Positions 52,230 through 63,230 of a stretch of DNA of 64,000 nt are shown here, piece after piece. The position numbers and the translations under genes were made by a program. The notes beneath the pieces are model-generated. The model worked only from the letters and a program-made list of their open reading frames with translations, made no database searches and was not told the DNA's origin. The stretch covers positions 352,001-416,000 of the forward strand of contig CAUVXB020000001.1 of assembly GCA_963555825.3 (NCBI GenBank), given 5' to 3'. The DNA comes from Alphaproteobacteria bacterium. Its GTDB lineage: Bacteria; Pseudomonadota; Alphaproteobacteria; JAAXGF01. Positions within the stretch are counted from its first letter, which is position 1; the number at the start of each line of letters is the position of its first letter.

Positions 52230-52470
52230 TCCCTCGGAGTGACCTGACCCGCACAGCGATAGACGCATCTAGACTGATAGGGCCGGCCGCCCTTGGGTGG
52301 CTTGACCCACACTCAGATCGACCGAGATGTCATTCCCCGGACATGTCGGCCACCCGGGGGCAACCGGTTGAGGTTCCGACCTCGACCGACATCGTGACCT
52401 GATGAGAGCCCGGCCTTGGGCGCCCCGTCACTGTCGTGTCCGACATCGGCTGAGTTCGGAGCCAACCCCT
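52230..52470 (+). ncRNA. Putative IS110 bridge RNA (bounds approximate)
   Basis: ~290-nt hairpin-rich non-coding left end containing TCAGATCG (target match) and ATGAGAGC / TCACTGTCG (donor matches). Confidence 0.65.
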
Positions 52471-52497
52471 CCACCCATCATAGACCAGGGGGCGGAC

Positions 52498-53553
52498 ATG
52501 GCGACTACAACAGCCGACAACATCCAGATCATCGGTGGCGTCGACACCCACCAGGACCTGCACACCGCCGCCGTCGTGAGCCACGACGGAACGGTGCTTG
52601 GTACCGAATCGTTCTCCACCACCCGAGCCGGCTACCGGGCGATGCTTCGCTGGTTCCGCTCTCATGGCGAGCTGCTTCGTGTAGGAGTGGAATCCACCGG
52701 TACCTACGGAGCCGGCATCACCCGGCACCTGGCACTCTCGGGTATCCCCGTGCTCGAGGTGACCGGGCCGGACCCAGCCAGCCGAAGAGCCAAGGGCAAG
52801 GACGACGCCCTGGATGCGATCTCCGCGGCCGAGGCGGCGCGCACAAGACGCCGGGTCCAGGTGGCCAAAGACCGTTCCGGCACCGTGGAAGCCCTGCGGG
52901 TGCTGCGAACAACGCGAAAGACGGCAATCAAGTGCCGCCGCGCGGCCCTGCAGCAACTCCACAACACCATCGTTGCCGCACCGGAGGAAGTGCGTGACCA
53001 GGTCCGCAACCTCACCCGCATGCAGCGCCTGCGTACCTGTGCGGCCTGGAGGCCGGACACGGTCGGCTATCGAGACCCGGTGGTCGCGACCAAGCTCTCC
53101 CTGAAGTCCCTCGCCCGCAGAATCCTCGACATCAACGACGAGATCGCTGAACTCGACCGGTTCATCGTCCCCTTGGTCGAGGAGCTCGCCCCCAGTCTGC
53201 TTGAGCTCGAAGGCGTGGGCACCGAGAACGCAGGCGCAGTAATGGTCGCCGTTGGGGATAACCCGGATCGGCTCCGCTCCGAGGCGAGCTTCGCCATGAT
53301 GTGCGGCGTCTGCCCGATCCCCGCATCGAGTGGGAAGACGCAACGCCACCGTCTCAACCGCGGAGGCAACCGCCAAGCCAACTCCGCCCTGCACATGGTC
53401 GTCGTGTGCCGAATGCGAACCGACGAGCGGACCCGAGCCTATGTCGCTCGCAGGACCCTGGAGGGGCTGTCCAAACGCGAGATCATGCGCTGCCTGAAGC
53501 GTTACGTGGCCCGCGAGATCTACCGCGTACTCACCGCCCCATCGAGTGCTTGA
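52498..53553 (+). CDS. IS110-family DEDD recombinase
   Basis: GGVDTH, GVESTG.YG, KGKDDALDA, P.P.SSG and RLNRGGNRQAN motifs. Confidence 0.95.
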   Translation: MATTTADNIQIIGGVDTHQDLHTAAVVSHDGTVLGTESFSTTRAGYRAMLRWFRSHGELLRVGVESTGTYGAGITRHLALSGIPVLEVTGPDPASRRAKGKDDALDAISAAEAARTRRRVQVAKDRSGTVEALRVLRTTRKTAIKCRRAALQQLHNTIVAAPEEVRDQVRNLTRMQRLRTCAAWRPDTVGYRDPVVATKLSLKSLARRILDINDEIAELDRFIVPLVEELAPSLLELEGVGTENAGAVMVAVGDNPDRLRSEASFAMMCGVCPIPASSGKTQRHRLNRGGNRQANSALHMVVVCRMRTDERTRAYVARRTLEGLSKREIMRCLKRYVAREIYRVLTAPSSA

Positions 53554-54048
53554 CAAACATGAGAGCGTCCGCGGATCACGTGGCGCATGCGCCGGTTGGC
53601 CAGGCGGTTGACCGCAAAAGGGGAATTGCAGTCGTCCTCGCCCTGGTTCACGTGCGTGTCGGTGATCACGCCGAAACTGAACAGGCGCCGGCCGAGCGTG
53701 TCGGGGTTCAACGATTCCGTGGTCATGGATGGCTTCCAGTTTGAGTCGTGGAGAAAGGCTTATACCGCCTATGAATATACCTTGCACGGCCGGCCCCGAC
53801 GATCCTCCCCGGGCGTCGAGAGTAGCGAAGCCCAAGGGACGAATCGACGCGTGGAGAAAATCTTCCATATGTCCGCCTCGGCTAATTCCGGACATTGGGT
53901 GAGTGACGCCGCGAGGTCCGCTTTCCGCTCGGCAGCGGGCGCAGCACGGCTGAGCCTTCGATCTCTCCGATTTTCCCGAAGCGGGCGGCGCGACTGTCGT
54001 CGGGCGTCGAGCGGCGGTTTGCGGCGGTGAGCCGGCGCGCCTTCCGCC

Positions 54049-54510
54049 TCAGATGTTGAAGCCGCCGTCGCTCACGTCGAACGATCCCGGCGCCGTCGCC
54101 TCGGGAGCCCGGTAGCGATCCTCGGGCACGATGGCGGCTGCGGTCACCTCGATCAGCAGGTCCGGGTGCACCAAGGCCGCCACTTGAACGAGTGTGCTTA
54201 CCGGGTACGGCGGCGAAAAGAACGCGGTGCGCACCGCGTGTATGTCGGCCAGACCGTCCGGCGTCGTCACGTAGGTGACGATCGATACCACGTCGACCAT
54301 CTCGCCGCCGACCGCTGCGAGGGAAGCCTGGATATTTCGGAAGGTCTGTTGGGCCTGCAGACGCATATCGCCGACCCCGACCACATGGCGTCGATCGTCC
54401 CACGCAACCTGCCCACTGAGCAACACCTGTCGGCCCTCGCTCACCACCAGGCCCATGGAATTGCAGCCGAAGCTCCGCCAGACGCCGGGTGGTTGAAACG
54501 CCGTTTTCAT
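54049..54510 (-). CDS. RidA/YjgF/UK114-family protein
   Basis: LSGQVA, R..FF..PYPVSTLVQV..L..PDLLIEV motifs. Confidence 0.9.
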   Translation of the reverse strand: MKTAFQPPGVWRSFGCNSMGLVVSEGRQVLLSGQVAWDDRRHVVGVGDMRLQAQQTFRNIQASLAAVGGEMVDVVSIVTYVTTPDGLADIHAVRTAFFSPPYPVSTLVQVAALVHPDLLIEVTAAAIVPEDRYRAPEATAPGSFDVSDGGFNI

Positions 54511-54546
54511 GACCGTTCCTCGCTAGATTTCCACTGATACTTGGTA

Positions 54547-55917
54547 TTAACCGGTCTCCTCCGGCGTCGAGATGGCGGTGAAGCGGTGAGCCTTGATGTC
54601 GTCGGACCAGAAGTCGGGTTTGAGACCGGCCTTGCGCTTGAGGCGGGTCAGGAAGTCACGCGGCTCGGGCAGGCCTTCCCAGACCTGCGGCAGGAACAGG
54701 CCGCGCTTGTCGTCGCACGACAGGATGACGCCGTCGACACCGGGGCGAAGCTGGCCCAGGAGGTCGTCCTCGCCGGCGAAGCGCATCGCGCGCGGCGGGG
54801 TGAGCAGAGAAATTGACAGCGTGATCTTGTCGAATTCGGGCATCGTCACCGGCTTGAAGCGCGGGTCTTTGAAGGCCGCCGAGAAGGCGTTCTCGGCGAC
54901 GTCGACGACCATCGGCTTGACCGCCTGGAACTTGCCGATGCAGCCGCGCAGCTTGCCGGCGAGCTTGAGCGTGACGAAGGTCGCGTGCATCGCGCGCAGC
55001 TCTGCCGGATAGAGCGCCGGCTTGACGGTGAGCGGCTTGTCGTTGTTGAGGCCGTGGACGATCGACGCGGCGGCGACGCCGCGCAGCGCCTTGCCGTGGC
55101 GCCGAAGCGTCGCGGCGGTCGCGTCCTCGGCCTCGTCGACCGACCAGGCGCCATAGCCGACGACCCGGTCGCGCGGCCCGGCGGTGTCGCCCGAATTGCG
55201 CAGATCCAGCGTCGTCACCGCCATGCCGCGCGCCTTGGCGAGCGTGAGCAGGCCCTTGATCGGCAGCCGGCCGCAGGCCTGCTCGCGGCCGATATCGTCG
55301 GGCCGCATTTTCTCGATCGCCTGGCAGGTCCGCGCGTCGAGCTTGCGCGCGGCGTCGTAGTCGAGGTAGTGGCTCAGGTCCGACGAGATGACGATCACCG
55401 TCTCGGGCCCGCCCCACAGCGCCTCGATCACCTCGGCGACGTCCTTGATGTCGGCGGCGCCGACGACAAGCGGCACCAGCGTGAAGTCGTCGAGCACGCG
55501 CTGCAGGAAGGGCAGCTGGACCTCGAGGCTGTGCTCCTGGCGGTGCGCCTCGTCGTTGGCCGTGACCTGGGGCAGCGCGAGCGCCCGCTCGATCGCCGCG
55601 CTATCCAGCGGTATCGGGCCGAGCGGCGTGGCGAACTGCTCGACGGTCGGCGCGGCGAGGCCGTGGAAGGCGACGCGATGCGCCGGGCCGAGCAGCACGA
55701 CGCGCGTGATCGTGTCATGCGCGGTCTTAAGCAAAGCGTACGCGGACGCGGCGATAGGGCCCGAGTAGACGAAGCCGGCATGCGGCGCGATCAGCGCCTT
55801 GGGCGCCGGCCGGTCGGCCTCGACGCGGGCGAGGTAGCCGGTCACCGCGGCATCGAGTGCGCCGCTTTCATCCGGGTAGAACTGTCCCGCCACCGCGGGC
55901 GCCCTCACCGAAACCAT
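54547..55917 (-). CDS. amrB: AmmeMemoRadiSam protein B (MEMO) - protein A (AMMECR1) fusion
   Basis: R.PAVAGQFYP, PHAG..YSG, EHSLEVQLPF, SSDLSHY, then FVTL....LRGCIG, AF.DPRF, FLPQVWE. Confidence 0.93.
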   Translation of the reverse strand: MVSVRAPAVAGQFYPDESGALDAAVTGYLARVEADRPAPKALIAPHAGFVYSGPIAASAYALLKTAHDTITRVVLLGPAHRVAFHGLAAPTVEQFATPLGPIPLDSAAIERALALPQVTANDEAHRQEHSLEVQLPFLQRVLDDFTLVPLVVGAADIKDVAEVIEALWGGPETVIVISSDLSHYLDYDAARKLDARTCQAIEKMRPDDIGREQACGRLPIKGLLTLAKARGMAVTTLDLRNSGDTAGPRDRVVGYGAWSVDEAEDATAATLRRHGKALRGVAAASIVHGLNNDKPLTVKPALYPAELRAMHATFVTLKLAGKLRGCIGKFQAVKPMVVDVAENAFSAAFKDPRFKPVTMPEFDKITLSISLLTPPRAMRFAGEDDLLGQLRPGVDGVILSCDDKRGLFLPQVWEGLPEPRDFLTRLKRKAGLKPDFWSDDIKAHRFTAISTPEETG

Positions 55918-56015
55918 GACCGTCTCCTTCGCATGTATGCGCGGGGTCCGTCATTGACGGGTGACAATGACCGTCCCATCTAACATGTTATACCAAGGAT
56001 CACTGATAAAGACCC

Positions 56016-57119
<1,104 letters not shown>

Positions 57120-57730
57120 GCGGTGGCGTGGTCACTTCATGGCCGGTCGCTGGCGCCTTGGCCCTTAATTCATCGCCAGCAGATCGAGCCGGTGGTATTC
57201 GGTAAGGCCCAGGTCCTTGTCCCGGCCGATGATGTGCACGTAGATATTTGACGTGCCGTTGCCCTCCATCTGCACATTAAGGATGGCGAAGTTGTTCTGC
57301 ACGTAAGTGTGGTGGTTGTGGTAGCCGATGCCGGTCGGCTCGGGATTGCCGTCTTCGTCCTTGCCCACGATCATCCCAGTTTGTTTGACCGCCTTGCCCA
57401 GGGCCTTGCGTTTCAGGGCTGAGAGCATGTTGTAAGTGATGCCGCTCGAGGTGACCTGGAAGACGCGGGCCTTTGCAAACTTCGCGTGGTGCAGGCTGAA
57501 GATGGCGCCGACGTGCACGTCGCCGCTCAGAATGACCAGCGGCCGCCCGCTTTGGTGCGAGCATTCGAACAGCAGGGACATCAGCTTCTTGTATTCGTCG
57601 CGGTTGATGTCGTGCTCCCAATGGTTGCGTACGTCGTCGCGGCCGCCGAAGACCGCCGCCCAATCGGCGAGATTGAGCACGAAATCCTTGAGATGCACGG
57701 TGGGCACGGTCGACACGACGAAGATCGGTC

Positions 57731-59384
57731 GGGTGTGGGTCTGGTATGGAAAATCTAAGTCATTGATTTAGTGCGTTTTTTGTGTCGAGACGAACGGCCG
57801 AAATCGGCTATTCGTGACAATGGGCCGCTCCAAGGCAGGATTTTGTTACGACGGCAGGGTCGAGCAGGGGAAGGTGGGAACGCTCCGCACCGCCAGAAGC
57901 GGTACGATGCCGTGTCTCGAAACCCAACATCGGGAGCATTCCCATGGCAGTATCCCCGCCTCCGGCGCCTTCGTCCATCGATCTTTCCGGCCTGCCTCCT
58001 CGGGTCGTCGAGGCGGCCGCCCGGGTGCTCGCACTGTGTCGCGAGGAGCTTCGTTCCGAGCCGCGCCCCGAGGCGCCCGAGGAGGTCGAGTTGCGGGTGC
58101 GTGAGGCCACGAACGAGTTCGCTCGCGATGTCATGGGCGCCGTCATCGAGAACCGGGACGATGGCGCTTCCCGGATCGAGCGGGACGGGCAGAGCTGGTT
58201 CCGGGTCGCGGTGACGCCGAAGACGATCATGACCTCGCTCGGTCCGGTGACCTACCGGCGAGCGCGTTACCGCAGCGGCGCGAGCGGGGCATCGCCGGTG
58301 CCGGTCGACGAGAGCCCGGGCCTCGTCGACGATTACCTGACGCGGCCGGCGGCCGAGCTCGGTCTGCTGATGATGGGTCACTGCACGGCCCGGGAAGCGG
58401 CGGCGTTCTTTGCGAAGACCGGCGCCATGACGCCGTCGGTGAGCACCCTGCAGCGCCTGACCCTGAGCATGCACGAATGCTGGGAGAGCCTCGGCCCGGA
58501 GACGCTGGGCAGCATCCGTGAGGCCGAGGGCATACCGCAGGACGCGACCACCGCCTCGGTCTCCCTCGACGGCGTCATGGTGCCGCTGAGACCCGGCGAG
58601 GACGGTCGCGCCAAGGCCTCCTGGCGCGAGGCTGCCTGCGGCACGGTCTCCTTCCACGACGCCGAGGGCAAGCGCCTGAAGACCCTCTATCTCGGCCGCA
58701 TGCCGGAGAGCGGCAAGCTCACGCTGAAGGCGCAGCTTGCAAGCGAAGTCGCACACATCAGGCGAGCACGCCCCGAGATCGGGATCGTCGCTATCGCCGA
58801 TGGCGCCGCCGACAACTGGACCTTCCTGGAGACCCTGTCGCCCGAAACCGAGGTGATCGACTTCTGGCATGCTTGCGAACATCTGCAAACCGCGTCCGAC
58901 CATGCCGTGGCGCCCGGCTGGTTCGAGAAGTACCGCGAGATCCTCCGTCACGATCCCCGTGGCGTCGCCAAGGTGATCCGGGCGCTGCGCCACCTTCGCG
59001 ATGCCGCCGCTGCGCCGGACCGGGCCGAGACCGAGCGGGAACTCGCCTTCTTCCGCAAGCATCGCCATCGCATGCGCTACCACGCCCTGAAGGAAGAGGG
59101 CATCGCCATCGGCTCAGGCGTGGTCGAAGCTGCCAACAAGACCCTGGTGACACAGCGCATGAAGCGCTCCGGCATGCGCTGGCGGATCGTCGGCGGACAG
59201 GCTGTTCTGACCTTCCGCGCCCTGATCAAATCCGGCCGCTTCGAGCGGGCATGGAAGGCCCTGATCAGCGCAACCGACACACCGGCCAACGACAACATCA
59301 GTCCACGTGCAGCAGCCATGGCAATCGCTGCCTGAACTCAACGAACCAAGCCGCAGACATCACTGCCATGCGAGACTCGCACCC
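57731..59384 (+). mobile_element. ISKra4-family element
   Basis: IRs GGGTGTGGGTCT / AGACTCGCACCC; 8-bp TSD GATCGGTC. Confidence 0.9.
57944..59335 (+). CDS. ISKra4-family transposase
   Basis: SLDGV, ADGA..NW, IDFWHA.EHL and IGSGVVEAANK..RMKRSGMRW motifs. Confidence 0.9.
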   Translation: MAVSPPPAPSSIDLSGLPPRVVEAAARVLALCREELRSEPRPEAPEEVELRVREATNEFARDVMGAVIENRDDGASRIERDGQSWFRVAVTPKTIMTSLGPVTYRRARYRSGASGASPVPVDESPGLVDDYLTRPAAELGLLMMGHCTAREAAAFFAKTGAMTPSVSTLQRLTLSMHECWESLGPETLGSIREAEGIPQDATTASVSLDGVMVPLRPGEDGRAKASWREAACGTVSFHDAEGKRLKTLYLGRMPESGKLTLKAQLASEVAHIRRARPEIGIVAIADGAADNWTFLETLSPETEVIDFWHACEHLQTASDHAVAPGWFEKYREILRHDPRGVAKVIRALRHLRDAAAAPDRAETERELAFFRKHRHRMRYHALKEEGIAIGSGVVEAANKTLVTQRMKRSGMRWRIVGGQAVLTFRALIKSGRFERAWKALISATDTPANDNISPRAAAMAIAA

Positions 59385-60717
59385 GATCGGTCCCCGCTTG
59401 CCGGCGTTCTTGACCTCCTCTGCCCAGGCCGCCAACCTTTCATGCTGCGCGGCACCGAGGATCTGCCCGCTGCCGTCTTCGCTGCCGTCCTTCACCGACT
59501 TGTTGTGGCGCATGTCCAGGGTATAGAAATCGCAACCACAGGCCTCGAACGGGTAGTCGAACACGTCCTTGTCGGCGGCCGGGTTATGCGAATGCTGATA
59601 TTCGACGTAGACCTTGGTCGCGGCTTTCTTCATGCGGTTGGCGAGCGCCACGTTGGCGTCGACGTCTTCGATGCGGAGCAGGGTGTCGAGCTGTTGTGAC
59701 AGCTCTTTCTTGGTGTACGACCCCCAACCGTCCATGATTTCGTGGTCGTCCCAGATCATGTAGGTCGGGTAGCTGGCGAACACCTTCTGCAGCGAGGGGA
59801 ACCCCCAGTACCCGCGATAGATGTCGCGATACCACGACACCATGTCCTTGTTGGTCGGCGATTTGCCGCGCACCCGCTTCAGCCATTTCCAGATGCTCAT
59901 GCCGTCGTTGCCGTCGGCCTAGACCTGGTCGCCGCCGCCGATGACGAGGCGCGCGTCGGCGTAATCCAGTTCGTCGCTGAAGATCTGCCACATTGCCGCG
60001 TCGACACTGTCGCTCGATCGGTCGTCGGCGTAGGGCATGTGACAGCTGAACAGTCCGAAGCTGAAGGAGGCCGCGGTTTCCGGCAAGGTGCGGAACGATT
60101 TAGGCGACTCGATACCGAGCTCCCATTGGTTGGCCGGCGCGCCGTCCTGGACGATTTCACGGATGACGGCGTAGTGGTAGCGCGTGTCCGGCGCTAGGTC
60201 GACGACATCGTGAACACTGGTGTTGTCACTTGCGAATGTCGAACAAGACGTGTGGCAGGCATGCAGGCTTTGCAGCTGCGGATTGGCGGCTAGCGAGTTA
60301 CGAAGCAGCCACTCGCCATCGACCTGTTCGACCGTCGGCGCGGCGCTGCCGACGCGGATAGGCGCGGTCGACACGATCAGGTGGTGCCGGCCTTCGTTCT
60401 TGGTCCTGACCCAGACGCGCGACGAATTGGGCGTCGTATGGCCAACGATCGTGGCGCGTTCCAGCCGGTTGTTCGGCCACGGCCGTTCGAGTTTATCGTA
60501 GAAATCGAGCTTCGCCATGGCACATTCCTCTCGTTAGGGTTCTGCTAACTATTGCCGCACGGCCCGGGAATGTTCAATTATTATTTCTCGTTATAGAGGT
60601 GTCCTAGCGGGTGCGACGCCACCCCGGTGGCCGCAGGATTGGATGGCTCGATGGCGTTACGCGCCCGGCCCAGCGGTCATACGTCGGGCCGGTTTTGCGG
60701 AGGCGGACGGCCACGGC

Positions 60718-60846
60718 TTAGAGCAGCGTCAGCGCCATGCCGACCAGAATGACCACGACGATCACGATGGCCCAGGTCGCGAGGCGCGTGAAGGTGTGCC
60801 ACATCTTTACGCGTTCTTGATAATCCGCGTCGTCCATATGGCTCAT
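60718..60846 (-). CDS. aa3-type cytochrome c oxidase subunit IV-like small membrane protein (42 aa, absent from the ORF track)
   Basis: MSHMDDADYQERVKMWHTFTRLATWAIVIVVVILVGMALTLL; AGGGG SD. Confidence 0.75.
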   Translation of the reverse strand: MSHMDDADYQERVKMWHTFTRLATWAIVIVVVILVGMALTLL

Positions 60847-61086
60847 GACAATCCCCTATCGAGCATAAACAGGCACCTCACGGCAATGCGCCCGCCGCCG
60901 GCGGACTATAACATCAAGGCATCGACGAATTTGAGTCCCTTTTCGAATTTCGCTGCCGGCGGTGCGTCGACCGGCGCGGTGCCATGATACAACCCGCCGG
61001 CACTGTCCAGGCTCCATCGGTTTCTCATAACATCAATATAAATTACGATATATTAATAGGTTAAAGGTATATTCTAAATTAGATTA

Positions 61087-61806
61087 GGGGCTGTCCTAGC
61101 TAAGCGGCATGCTTAGGCTAGGATGGCGGGATGTACGAGAGGAAAAGCCGGCTCAGTGATTGGAAGCGCGGTCGTCTGATTGAGCACTTCGTTGCGGGTA
61201 CGACGGCTCGGGCAGCAGCCGAACTGGTTGGCGTCCACCGGAACACGGCGGCCTCGTTTTATACTCGGCTTCGCAAGGTGATTGCCGAGGAAATGGAGAA
61301 GGCCTCGCCTTTTGCCGGAGAGATCGAGGTTGATGAGAGTTATTTTGGCGGCCGCCGCAAAGGCAAGCGGGGTCGAGGCGCTGGCGGAAAAGTCCCGGTT
61401 TTCGGGCTTTTGAAGCGAGGTGGGAAGGTCTACACGGCGATGATTCCCAATGCCCGGACTGCCACGTTGATGCCGATTATGGAGCGTATGATCCGGCCTG
61501 ACAGCATCGTCTATACGGACGGCTTTTCGAGCTATGATGCCCTGGACGTTTCGGACTTCCACCATGTTCGGATCAATCACTCGGAGCGGTTCGTCGACGA
61601 GCGGAGCCATATCAACGGGATCGAGAACTTCTGGAACCAGGCGAAGCGGCATTTACGGCGCTTCAATGGCGTCCCGAAACAGAGCTTTCACCTGTTCCTC
61701 AAGGAGTGCGAATGGCGGTTCAACGGAGGTGACCACCGAGAACTGCTTAACCAATTGAAGACATGGATTATTTTGAGACAGAAACGCCCTTAGCTAGGAC
61801 AGCCCG
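61087..61806 (+). mobile_element. IS1595-family element, copy 3
   Basis: Terminal IRs; 8-bp TSD TTAGATTA. Confidence 0.96.
61131..61793 (+). CDS. IS1595-family transposase
   Basis: Identical to the other two copies. Confidence 0.95.
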   Translation: MYERKSRLSDWKRGRLIEHFVAGTTARAAAELVGVHRNTAASFYTRLRKVIAEEMEKASPFAGEIEVDESYFGGRRKGKRGRGAGGKVPVFGLLKRGGKVYTAMIPNARTATLMPIMERMIRPDSIVYTDGFSSYDALDVSDFHHVRINHSERFVDERSHINGIENFWNQAKRHLRRFNGVPKQSFHLFLKECEWRFNGGDHRELLNQLKTWIILRQKRP

Positions 61807-61898
61807 TTAGATTATCATTTTCGGTATAGGGAATAAGCCTCGTAGTTCAGGATGCATTCGACTATCGTGGCGTGTGGGCCTCGAATGAGGACGGCATC

Positions 61899-63035
61899 AT
61901 GAGTTGGGTTCGCGGCATCGCCGTCGCCGCGCTGACATTGACACTGACGGCGTGCGTCAAGCCGACCAGCCGGGCGCCGGAGGTCGATGCGTCGCTCGCT
62001 GCCGCGGAGGCCGAGAAGCAGCGCGAGCTGGTCTTCGAGGCCACCGTCCGTGACACCCTGCGGCTCTCAACGGTCAGCTATTTTGTGCGTACCCGTTCGG
62101 CCGAGTTGTGCGGCGAACAGGTCGCGCCGGTGACCGGCATCAACGCGACGACGCTCGCCGAGTTCGATGCCGAGTACAAGGGTGCGGCCGCGCGCCTTTA
62201 CGGCGTCGGCGACGACGTTCAGTTCGTCTCGATCGTGCCCGGTTCGGCCGCCGACCGCGCGGGTCTGCAGCCGGGCGACAGGCTGGTCCAGATCGCCGGT
62301 TGGCCGGTGCCCGCCGGTAAGGGCGCCATGGCCGTGGCGGTCGAGCAGTTCGACGCGATGGCGGTGGCCGGTTCGCCGCTCGAGTTCACGGTCCGCCGTT
62401 TTGGACAGACGCTGACCTACGATGTGGTGCCCGAGGCAGCTTGTGATTATCCGGTGCTGCTCGACAAACAAGACACCGTCAACGCTTTCGCCGACGGCAA
62501 CCAGATCTACATCACCCGGGGCATGCTGCGCTTCGTCGACAACCCCGGCGAACTCGCCACCGTGGTCGCCCACGAACTGGCGCACAACATGATGGGGCAC
62601 CGCACGGCGAAGGAGACCAACATGGTCGCCGGCGCCGGCGTCGGCCTGGTGTTCGACATTCTGGCGGCCGTTGCGGGTGTCAATACCGGCGGCGACTTCA
62701 TGCGCATCGGCGCAGAGGCCGGCGCCGGCGCGTTCTCACAGGATTTCGAGGCCGAGGCCGATTACGTCGGCGTCTACCTGATGGCGCGCGGCGGCTATGA
62801 CATCGGCCTGGCGCCCAACTTTTGGCGTCGCATGGCGGTCATCCATCCGGCGTCGATCAAGACCAACCATTCGTCGACGCACCCGTCGGCGCCGGAACGC
62901 TTCGTCGCGCTCGAAAGCGCGGTCGGGGAGATTCACGCCAAACTCAACGCCGGCCGACCGCTGGTGCCCGAGGTCGCTGTCGATGCTGATGACGGTGGCG
63001 TCCAATCGCAACCGAGTACGTTCCGGCCGGAGTAG
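61899..63035 (+). CDS. M48-family metallopeptidase lipoprotein with PDZ domain
   Basis: Lipobox LTAC; GSAADRAGLQPGD (PDZ); NAFA, HELAH, EAEAD and STHP motifs. Confidence 0.9.
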   Translation: MSWVRGIAVAALTLTLTACVKPTSRAPEVDASLAAAEAEKQRELVFEATVRDTLRLSTVSYFVRTRSAELCGEQVAPVTGINATTLAEFDAEYKGAAARLYGVGDDVQFVSIVPGSAADRAGLQPGDRLVQIAGWPVPAGKGAMAVAVEQFDAMAVAGSPLEFTVRRFGQTLTYDVVPEAACDYPVLLDKQDTVNAFADGNQIYITRGMLRFVDNPGELATVVAHELAHNMMGHRTAKETNMVAGAGVGLVFDILAAVAGVNTGGDFMRIGAEAGAGAFSQDFEAEADYVGVYLMARGGYDIGLAPNFWRRMAVIHPASIKTNHSSTHPSAPERFVALESAVGEIHAKLNAGRPLVPEVAVDADDGGVQSQPSTFRPE

Positions 63036-63053
63036 TCTGGTTCGATGCGACGA

Positions 63054-63230
63054 CTAGAACATTTTCCGATCAATTGGAATCGGTCGTAATATGCCAGCCC
63101 GCGCCAATCTAATTGGGACAAGAGGGGGCCGCCGCTTATGCGGCCAGCCCTTATGGGATAAAGATTGGCATGCGCGGCGATTGAGCGCAGGTCACCTTTA
63201 CTGGGTAAAGGTGACCGGACAATACGCTAA
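63054..63230 (+). repeat. ~170-bp structured dispersed repeat, copy C
   Basis: Homologous to copies A and B; fills the gap between convergent genes. Confidence 0.85.

Larger units (their letters stand above)
52209..53569 (+). mobile_element. IS110-family element (no TSD, no IRs)
   Basis: Removal restores the in-frame host sequence MRHVIRDLNGRDLAF; TTGACA near the right end. Confidence 0.9.
50276..53726 (-). pseudogene. Calcineurin-like metallophosphoesterase with a long C-terminal domain, split by IS110 and frameshifted near 51675
   Basis: ITDTH, GDLVH, PGNHDVG, HYP and GHVHN motifs distributed over three ORFs. Confidence 0.88.
57165..60518 (-). pseudogene. PhoD-family alkaline phosphatase-like protein, split by ISKra4 and with in-frame TAG at 59919-59921
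   Basis: FGLFSC, GDQV*AD, MIWDDHEI, LDMR, ILSGDVH and TSSG motifs; IS removal restores KRGPIFVVSTVP. Confidence 0.9.
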
